A stretch of 64,000 bases of DNA from NCBI GenBank assembly GCA_002437815.1, contig DJRP01000028.1, forward strand, positions 41,471-105,470, in the 5' to 3' direction. Made by a program: the position numbers and the translations under genes. This document shows, in pieces, positions 9,046 to 15,636 of this stretch (within the stretch, counting starts at the first letter, position 1; each line of letters begins with the position of its first letter). The notes under the pieces are model-generated. The model saw only the letters and a list, made by a program, of their open reading frames with translations. It was not told the DNA's origin and did no database searches. The stretch is from Collinsella sp. UBA6357. Its GTDB lineage: Bacteria; Actinomycetota; Coriobacteriia; Coriobacteriales; Coriobacteriaceae.

Positions 9046-9879
9046 ATGCGCGCCATTCAACGCATCAACCATAACGCCGCAATCTGCGAGGACGGGGCCG
9101 GCCGCCAGCTTATCGCGCTGGGGCGCGGTATCGGCTTTGGTGATATGCCGCATGAGGTCGATCTCGATCTGGTGACGCGTACGTTCTACGGCATCGACAA
9201 GAAGTATCTGGCGTTTATCGACGAGGTCGATCCCGAGGTACTCGAGTTCTCGGCCCAGCTTGCCGATATCGTCACGGCGCAGGTGTCCTATGAGCTGAGC
9301 CCCAACCTGCCCATCACGCTCGCCGACCATATCCAGTTTGCCATCAAGCGCGCTCGCGACCATATGGTGATGGCGCTGCCGCTCGAGCAGGATCTAGAGC
9401 AGCTTCATCCCATCGAATATCGCATCGGGCAGATGGCCGTCAACGGAATCCAAAAGACCTTTAAGGTGCGCATGCCCAGCAAGGAGGCGGGCGGCATCGC
9501 CATGTCGATCATCAACGCGGCGGTTCGTCCCAGCGATCGGCGAGTGCTCGAGGAGCGCCGCGAGGAACGCCTGCTCGATAAGACGGTCGCAGTGATTGAA
9601 GATGAGCTGGGCGTCGGGGTCGATCGCTCGTCGTTTGCGTTCACGCGTTTTGCCACGCATGTGCGCTATCTGCTCGATCGCGTGGCAAAGGGCGAGCCCA
9701 TCGAGAGCGAGAATTCGGGACTGTATGACGTGATGGTCGAGCAGTATCCGACCGCCGCGCGCTGCGCCGGACGGATCGATGAGCTCGTTCAGGGTGCTTT
9801 TGGTGAACAGCTGTCGCGCGAAGAGCTCGTCTATCTCATCATGCACGTAAACCGCGTGGCGCAGGCGGCCGAGAAGTGA
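9046..9879 (+). CDS. BglG/LicT/SacY-family PRD-containing transcription antiterminator
   Basis: The N-terminal CAT domain reads RINHNAAICEDGAGRQLIALGRGIGFG, followed by two PRD-like halves. It lies directly upstream of a PTS EIIBC gene with a structured leader. Confidence 0.85.
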   Translation: MRAIQRINHNAAICEDGAGRQLIALGRGIGFGDMPHEVDLDLVTRTFYGIDKKYLAFIDEVDPEVLEFSAQLADIVTAQVSYELSPNLPITLADHIQFAIKRARDHMVMALPLEQDLEQLHPIEYRIGQMAVNGIQKTFKVRMPSKEAGGIAMSIINAAVRPSDRRVLEERREERLLDKTVAVIEDELGVGVDRSSFAFTRFATHVRYLLDRVAKGEPIESENSGLYDVMVEQYPTAARCAGRIDELVQGAFGEQLSREELVYLIMHVNRVAQAAEK

Positions 9880-9968
9880 TGCAGGACGCCGTTTGCGGAT
9901 AAAAACCGACCGTCTGCCGGCTTAATTTTGGACATGTTGGTGTTCTTGCGAGTAGAGTCGTTCTTGTG

Positions 9969-10061
9969 TTGGGTGTTACTCACGGCGCAGCTCCGAGAGG
10001 CACTACCGATTCTGCTGAGACCTGAGCTAGGTCTCTATCGGTTGTGCGTGGGGGCTTTTTT
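9969..10061 (+). promoter_or_regulatory. PTS leader: RAT-like sequence overlapping a long hairpin and T-run (candidate antiterminator target)
   Basis: GGGTGTTACTCACGGCGCAG...GGCACTACC resembles the RAT core (GTTACT...GCAG...GGCAnnACC) but with an insertion. Hairpin: ACCGAT/ATCGGT (10005-10 / 10037-42) encloses GAGACCT/AGGTCTC (10017-23 / 10029-35), with GCAC/GTGC outside. TTTTTT lies at 10056-61, 8 nt from the stem. Confidence 0.4.
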
Positions 10062-10185
10062 ATTGCCGATTCACCCTGAATTCCCCGTAATCGAATCCCT
10101 CGTTCAACCGATTCCGCATGATGCGCAGATGCGGATGGAATCGTGGTGGCCCAATGTCCGTTAGTCGGAAGAGAAGGGAATCGAC

Positions 10186-11634
10186 ATGGCTGTCGATAAC
10201 AAGAAGATCGCCGAGGACGTGCTTGCGGCCGTCGGTGGGGCCTCGAATATCACGAGCGCGACGCACTGCATGACGCGTCTGCGCTTGAACCTCAAGGACC
10301 AGTCCATCCCCAAAGACGATGAGATCAAGAAGATCAAGGGCGTGCTCGGCGCCCAGTGGTCGGGCGGCCAGTACCAGGTGATCATCGGCCAGAATGTGCC
10401 CAAGGTCTACGAGGCCGCGCTCGCACTCGGCGTGAAAGGCGAAGGTGCACTCGATGAGAATCTGGACGCGGGCGTCAAGGAGCCGCTGACGCCGAAGAGT
10501 GCGGCAAAGGCCGTCCTCAACTACGTCTCCAAGTCCGTCGTATCGCTGATTCCGATCATGCTCGCCGCCGCCATGTTCCGCACCGTTGCGGCGATCTGCG
10601 GACCCACCATGCTCAATATCTGGTCTACGGACAGCGAGATCTACAACCTGTTCAATAACTGGCTGTACAACGCAGGCTTCTACTTCATGCCGATATTCTT
10701 GGGATGGTCTGCTGCTAAGCAGCTTGGAGCCAGCCCCCAGCTCGGTATGATGCTCGGCGGCGTGCTCATCGCTCCCGAGCTGATGGATTTGGTGAACGCC
10801 GCCGCGGAGACCGGTGCGACTACGACCAGCGTGTACGGTTTGCCGGCGATGCTCAACAACTACAGCTCGACCGTGCTTCCCATCCTGCTTTGCGTGCCCG
10901 TCATGTGGCAGGTCGAGAAGTTTTTCAAGAAGGTTATCCCCGATGCGCTCGCCACGGTGTTCAATCCCTTCCTGACGATGCTCATCATGGTGCCTGTGTC
11001 CCTGTGCATCTTGGCTCCCATCGGCTCGGTGCTTGGTGACGGCTTGGGTAACTTCATGTTCTCGCTCGGAAACGCCGGCGGGATCGCTACGGTGGTCGCG
11101 ATCGCGATTATCGGTGGTTTCTGGGAGTTCTTCGTCATGACCGGCATGCACCAGGTGCTCATCACGCTCGGTATGGCCATGCTGGTCCAAAACGGGTTCG
11201 ATTCGTGCGTGTTTGCCGGCGCCATGGTCGCCTGCGCCGCCTCTTGGGGTATGGCCATGGGCGGTTTTCTCCGCATTCGCGAGAAAGAGGAGAAAAGCCA
11301 GATGCTCGGCTTCCTTATCTCTGCGTTCGTCGGCGGCGTGACCGAGCCCGTTCTCTACGGCTGCGGTTTCAAGTATCTGAGGACGTTTGCCGGCCTGATC
11401 GCCGGCGGTATCGCAGGCGGACTTGTGACGGCGCTGGCCGGTTGCAAGATTTACGTTATCGGCAACGCGAGCATCATCGCCGCCGTTGCCGCCTACGCCG
11501 GCGGCGGTACGGCGAACTTCGTGTGGGGCTGTGTGTCCCTTGCGGTGGCCTTTGTCGTGTCGGCTGTGGTGACCTACCTCTTCGGCTTCACCAAGGAGCA
11601 GCTGGCCGAAGATGCCGCTGCGGCCGAGGCATAA
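10186..11634 (+). CDS. PTS transporter subunit EIIBC, glucose/beta-glucoside superfamily (no EIIA domain)
   Basis: The EIIB motif NITSATHCMTRLRLNLKD is followed by a ~380-aa polytopic EIIC. Confidence 0.85.
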   Translation: MAVDNKKIAEDVLAAVGGASNITSATHCMTRLRLNLKDQSIPKDDEIKKIKGVLGAQWSGGQYQVIIGQNVPKVYEAALALGVKGEGALDENLDAGVKEPLTPKSAAKAVLNYVSKSVVSLIPIMLAAAMFRTVAAICGPTMLNIWSTDSEIYNLFNNWLYNAGFYFMPIFLGWSAAKQLGASPQLGMMLGGVLIAPELMDLVNAAAETGATTTSVYGLPAMLNNYSSTVLPILLCVPVMWQVEKFFKKVIPDALATVFNPFLTMLIMVPVSLCILAPIGSVLGDGLGNFMFSLGNAGGIATVVAIAIIGGFWEFFVMTGMHQVLITLGMAMLVQNGFDSCVFAGAMVACAASWGMAMGGFLRIREKEEKSQMLGFLISAFVGGVTEPVLYGCGFKYLRTFAGLIAGGIAGGLVTALAGCKIYVIGNASIIAAVAAYAGGGTANFVWGCVSLAVAFVVSAVVTYLFGFTKEQLAEDAAAAEA

Positions 11635-11720
11635 AGATCGATCTGTCTGCTATCGTTGCCAAGAAGGCTATGGCCGCCCACAGAAATGCGGGCGGCCGCT
11701 CATGTATAGAAGGAGCCGTC

Positions 11721-12485
11721 ATGAAACAGCTTTTGATCCGTGCCGATGATATCGGCTATTCGTATGCCGTCGATCTGGGAATCGCACGCGCCGTGAACGA
11801 GGGCCTCGTGCGCTCGGTGGGGCTTATGCCCAATATGCCCGAGGCCGCGCGGGGTTGGTCGCTTGTCGCTGACGCCGATATTGCCGTGGGTCAACATACC
11901 AACGTGTGCCTGGGAAAGCCCTGCGCCGACCCTGCACTCATCCCCAGCATGCTTGACGAACGCGGTGACTTCCATAGCAGCCGTACCTTCCGCGAGCACT
12001 ACAAGCGCGGCGAGGAGCTTGTGAGCTATGACGAGGCCGTTATCGAGATCGAGGCCCAGCATGATCGCTTTCTCGAGATCGTGGGCCGCGAGCCCGATTA
12101 CTTCGAGGCGCATGCCGTGATGAGCGACAACCTCAACCGCGCGATCGCCGACGTGGCAGCCGCACACGGGCTGCGCTGCCAGCCGGCGAGTTTCGACCCC
12201 ACGGCAAAGGTCCGTTGCGGCGACACGGACGTGCGCATGGTCATGCATTCGATGGAGCCGGGCTATGAGCCAAAGGCATCAATCATGGAGACGGTTCGCG
12301 GCATGGTCGACGGCGATACGGTGGTCTTTGTCTGCCATCCGGGCTATCTGGATCGTTTCATTCTCGAGCACAGCTCGCTCACGACCGACCGCACCAAAGA
12401 GGTCGATGCGCTCATCGACCCCGAACTTCGCGCCTGGCTTGAAGGGCAATCTGGCCTGCGGCTGATTGACTATCGCGAACTGTAG
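11721..12485 (+). CDS. ChbG/YdjC-family carbohydrate deacetylase
   Basis: MKQLLIRADDIGYSYAVDLGIARAVNEGLVRSVGLM and HPGY are present. An AGGAG RBS precedes ATG 11721. The 5-prime part of track ORF 11205-12485 overlaps the PTS gene and is rejected. Confidence 0.8.
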   Translation: MKQLLIRADDIGYSYAVDLGIARAVNEGLVRSVGLMPNMPEAARGWSLVADADIAVGQHTNVCLGKPCADPALIPSMLDERGDFHSSRTFREHYKRGEELVSYDEAVIEIEAQHDRFLEIVGREPDYFEAHAVMSDNLNRAIADVAAAHGLRCQPASFDPTAKVRCGDTDVRMVMHSMEPGYEPKASIMETVRGMVDGDTVVFVCHPGYLDRFILEHSSLTTDRTKEVDALIDPELRAWLEGQSGLRLIDYREL

Positions 12486-12496
12486 CGCATGCTGTT

Positions 12497-12535
12497 CGGC
12501 GTCGTTACCTGCATGGTGACGGCGCCGTTCTTTTT
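12497..12535 (+). terminator. Rho-independent terminator after the PTS-chbG operon
   Basis: A 13-bp stem CGGCGTCGTTACC/GGTGACGGCGCCG (two G-U pairs) has the loop TGCAT, followed by TTCTTTTT. Confidence 0.8.
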
Positions 12536-12592
12536 GTCCGCACGGGGCGCTAAAGTGTTGGCAGTCTGGAATACGGTTGCAGAGGAGCTGCC

Positions 12593-14446
12593 ATGAACGA
12601 GATCAAGTGTCCCCATTGCGGCGAGGTTTTCAAGGTCGATGCGTCCGGGTACGCCGATATCGTCAAGCAGGTGCGTGACGCTGAGTTTGCGCATGACGTG
12701 CACGAGCGCGAGGAGATTGCCCGGCGCGAGGGCACACAGGCGCTCGAGCTCGAGCGCTCCCAGGCGGCGGCGAACTTGCAGAAGGCTCTTGCCGAGCGTG
12801 ATGCCCAGATCGAACGCCTCAAGCACGAGGCGGCTTCGCAGCTGGCCGAGGCGCGTGCCAAGGGGGCGGCCGAGCTTACGGAGCAAAAGGGTGCCGCGGC
12901 CGCGGAGCTCGCGCGTGCGGTCGCTGATCGCGATGCCGAGCTTGCCGAGCTGCGCGCCAAGCTCGAGGCGGCGGCGGGAGAGCGTGAGGCGGCGCGCAAA
13001 CAGGCGGCCGCCGAGGCGCATGCTGCCGCGCAAAAGGATGCGGACGAGGAACGTGCCGCGGCACAGCAGGTTGCGGTCGAACTCCAACGTGAAGTCGACC
13101 GTCTGCGGGCGGAAGCCGCGCGCAATGCCGACGCCGTGAAGCTCGCAAAGGCCGCAGCACACGATGAGGCGCAGCAGGATCTCGCCGCCCGTGATGCTCA
13201 GATCGCCGAGCTCAAAGCGAAACTCGAAGCTGCCGATGGCGTGCGAGAGATGGCGTTGGCGCAGGCCGCGGCGGAAGCCGACCGCAAGGCTGCCGCGGCT
13301 CTTTCGGAGTCGGAGCGAAAGGCGGCCGATGGCCTTGCCGCAGCCCAGCGTGAGACCGAGGTCCTGCGCTCCCAACTCAAGATCCAGCAGAGCGAGGCTG
13401 CGGCCCATGAGGCCCAGGCCGTCGCCGCCGCCGAGCGGGAGCGCGACGAGGCACGTGCCAAGCTCACGAGCGAGCTCGCCGTGCGCGATTCGCGCGAGGA
13501 GCAGGCAAAGGCCGCCCATGAGCTCGAGCTCGCCCAGGCCAGGAGGGCGAGCGAGGAGCTCATTCGCTATAAGGACGAGGAAATCGAGCGTCTCAAGGAC
13601 ATGAAGGTGCGCCTGTCCACCAAAATGGTGGGCGAGAGCCTGGAGCAGCACTGCGAGACCGAGTTCAATCGTTTGCGCATGACGGCATTTCCTCATGCGT
13701 ATTTCGAGAAGGACAACGATGCGTCTGAGGGCACGAAGGGCGACTTCATCTTCCGTGAATGCGACGAGGCGGGCAACGAGATCATCTCCATCATGTTCGA
13801 GATGAAAAACGAGAACGATGAGACGGTGACCAAGCACAAGAACGAGGACTTCTTTAAAAAGCTCGACCACGATCGCAAGCAGAAGGGATGCGAGTATGCC
13901 GTGCTGTGCACGCTGCTCGAACCCGAGAGCGATTTTTACAACGCCGGTATCGTCGATGTGAGCTACCGCTACGAGAAGATGTATGTGATCCGCCCGCAGT
14001 TCTTTATCCCCATCATCACGCTGTTACGCAATGCCGCGCTTGGGTCGCTTCGCTACAAACAGGAACTTGCCGAATACAAGCAGCAGAATATCGACGTCAC
14101 GAACTTCGAGGCCAAGATGGAGAAGTTCAAAGACGGGTTCTCGCGCAACTACAACCTGGCGAGCAAACAGTTCGAGTCGGCCATCAAGGAGATTGATGCG
14201 GCCATCAAGCAGCTCGAGAAGACCAAGGACGATCTGCGCCGCAGCACCGAGAACCTGCGTCTGGCCCATAACAAGGCAGAAGATCTGACGATCCGCAAGC
14301 TCACTTGGGGCAACAAGACCATGAAGGCGGCGTTCGACGAGGCGCGTGAGGCGAGCCCGAAGGCTGGTGCAACGGATGACGCTGAGATGTCTGAGCAGTC
14401 TCCGGCGGTGGCTGACTCCTACGAGATCGGGGAAGATGGGGAATAA
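12593..14446 (+). CDS. DUF2130-family protein: N-terminal zinc ribbon, ~300-aa Ala/Glu-rich coiled coil, C-terminal PD-(D/E)xK-like module
   Basis: MNEIKCPHCGEVFKVDASGYADIVKQVRDAEF is the typical DUF2130 N-terminus. The C-terminal part carries GDFIFRE...ISIMFEMKNE. RBS is AGAGGAG. Confidence 0.7.
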   Translation: MNEIKCPHCGEVFKVDASGYADIVKQVRDAEFAHDVHEREEIARREGTQALELERSQAAANLQKALAERDAQIERLKHEAASQLAEARAKGAAELTEQKGAAAAELARAVADRDAELAELRAKLEAAAGEREAARKQAAAEAHAAAQKDADEERAAAQQVAVELQREVDRLRAEAARNADAVKLAKAAAHDEAQQDLAARDAQIAELKAKLEAADGVREMALAQAAAEADRKAAAALSESERKAADGLAAAQRETEVLRSQLKIQQSEAAAHEAQAVAAAERERDEARAKLTSELAVRDSREEQAKAAHELELAQARRASEELIRYKDEEIERLKDMKVRLSTKMVGESLEQHCETEFNRLRMTAFPHAYFEKDNDASEGTKGDFIFRECDEAGNEIISIMFEMKNENDETVTKHKNEDFFKKLDHDRKQKGCEYAVLCTLLEPESDFYNAGIVDVSYRYEKMYVIRPQFFIPIITLLRNAALGSLRYKQELAEYKQQNIDVTNFEAKMEKFKDGFSRNYNLASKQFESAIKEIDAAIKQLEKTKDDLRRSTENLRLAHNKAEDLTIRKLTWGNKTMKAAFDEAREASPKAGATDDAEMSEQSPAVADSYEIGEDGE

Positions 14447-14466
14447 TATTTTTTGAAAATTGTCAG

Positions 14467-14494
14467 TTGACTTCGCTTGAGTAAAGCGTATTAT
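14467..14494 (+). promoter_or_regulatory. Candidate sigma70-type promoter of the Ile-leader transcript
   Basis: TTGACT (14467-72), a 16-nt spacer, then TATTAT (14489-94). Confidence 0.55.
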
Positions 14495-14556
14495 CTCAGT
14501 CACATTACGGGAGCGGCACCTGTTGGTGCTGCCGGTCTTAGCAAGAGGTGTTTTGC

Positions 14557-14601
14557 ATGCGTCATATCGGCAACATTATTATTACCAGCATTATTAGCTA
14601 G
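14557..14601 (+). CDS. Leader peptide MRHIGNIIITSIIS (14 codons, 6 Ile)
   Basis: It is not in the ORF track because it is under 60 aa. An AGAGG RBS at 14544-48 lies 8 nt before the ATG. Five of the six Ile codons are ATT. The stop codon overlaps the first arm of the downstream alternative hairpins. Confidence 0.55.
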   Translation: MRHIGNIIITSIIS

Positions 14602-14684
14602 TACGGGTTGCCGATGATGGCTGCCCGTACGTTGCGGGCAGCCTAGTATACCGGAGGCTGCAATTTGCGGTCTCCGGTTTTTTG
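14601..14684 (+). promoter_or_regulatory. Attenuator: four mutually exclusive stem-loops ending in an intrinsic terminator
   Basis: Pairing 1:2 is GTACGGG (14601-07) with CCCGTAC (14624-30). Pairing 2:3 is GGCTGCCCG (14619-27) with CGGGCAGCC (14635-43). Pairing 3:4 is GCAGCC (14638-43) with GGCTGC (14656-61). Pairing 4:5 is CCGGAGGCTGC (14651-61) with GCGGTCTCCGG (14667-77), followed by TTTTTT (14678-83). Confidence 0.6.
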
Positions 14685-14748
14685 TTGCTCGCAATGTTTG
14701 TTATCGCGAATACCCCCTATCGATAAAATCATTGCGAAAGGAACAATC

Positions 14749-15558
14749 ATGTCCAACGTCAAACTCAACGCCAAGCAGAACGAGCTCGTCGAGGCCCTCT
14801 ACGGCGCCTACGTTAAAAACGACGCGGGCGAGAAGAACGAACCGCTCACCATGGCTGACTGGGAAGGTGTCGTCACCGATGATGACGCTGCCTATGCCGT
14901 ACAGGATGCCGTCATGGCCAAGAAAGGAGTTCCCGTTGCGGGCTACAAGGTCTCGTTGACATCCAAGGAAACCCAGGACATGTTCGATTCCGACTGTCCG
15001 CTCTATGGAGCGCAGGTCGCCGAGCGATTTTTTGCCTCGCCGGTGACGCTTTCGCTCAACCGTTTCAACGAGCCGCTCGTCGAGGTCGAGTTCTGCTTCC
15101 ATGCCAAGGAGGACCTGAGTGCGTCAGACTCGCTCGACGACCTGCTCTCCAAGTGCACCGTCGCGGCCGATATGGAGGTGCCCGATGCGCGCTTCGCTCA
15201 GTGGTTCCCCACGCTCTCCAAGTACCTCGTTATGAGCGACTGCGCCGTGGGCGGTTGCGTCGTCTACGGCAAGGAGGTCGACGGTAGCGAGCTCACGGTC
15301 GACGGTATGGCCGGCTACCATGCCAAGTGCTATCACGATGGCGCGTTCGTCAAGGAGGGCGACACCTCCGAGATCCTCGGCAATCCCGTCAAGTCGCTCC
15401 AGTGGCTCGTGGGCAAGCTCGAGAGCCAGGGCAAGCGCTTTACCCGTGGCATGCGCGTCTCCGTCGGCACCGTGTTCGTGCCCGTGGCGTTTACCAAGGG
15501 TGTCTGGACCGTCGAGTTCGATGGACCCTTCGGCAAGCTCGAGGTGACGGCCGAGTAG
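14749..15558 (+). CDS. FAH-fold hydratase/decarboxylase family protein (2-keto-4-pentenoate hydratase / MhpD-HpcG-like)
   Basis: 269 aa from ATG 14749. Its length and pattern (AYAVQDAV..GYKVSLTS..EVEF..) fit the MhpD/HpaH/4-oxalocrotonate decarboxylase family. The specific substrate is unknown. Confidence 0.6.
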   Translation: MSNVKLNAKQNELVEALYGAYVKNDAGEKNEPLTMADWEGVVTDDDAAYAVQDAVMAKKGVPVAGYKVSLTSKETQDMFDSDCPLYGAQVAERFFASPVTLSLNRFNEPLVEVEFCFHAKEDLSASDSLDDLLSKCTVAADMEVPDARFAQWFPTLSKYLVMSDCAVGGCVVYGKEVDGSELTVDGMAGYHAKCYHDGAFVKEGDTSEILGNPVKSLQWLVGKLESQGKRFTRGMRVSVGTVFVPVAFTKGVWTVEFDGPFGKLEVTAE

Positions 15559-15583
15559 ATGACCTTTGGGTTCAAATGAGCGA

Positions 15584-15620
15584 GGCGCCCTCGGTGAAAA
15601 ACCGAGGGCGCCCCGCTTTA
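15584..15620. terminator. Bidirectional terminator between the hydratase gene and the convergent helicase gene
   Basis: A perfect 11-bp stem GGCGCCCTCGG (15584-94) / CCGAGGGCGCC (15602-12) has the loop TGAAAAA. Confidence 0.75.
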
Positions 15621-15636
15621 TTCGGTTTGGCAGCCG

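Noticed and set aside
11205-11720. The N-terminal 172 codons of track ORF 11205-12485.
   Set aside because: This part overlaps the 3-prime end of the PTS EIIC gene in another frame and is Arg-rich nonsense. The ChbG homology starts exactly at ATG 11721, behind an AGGAG RBS.
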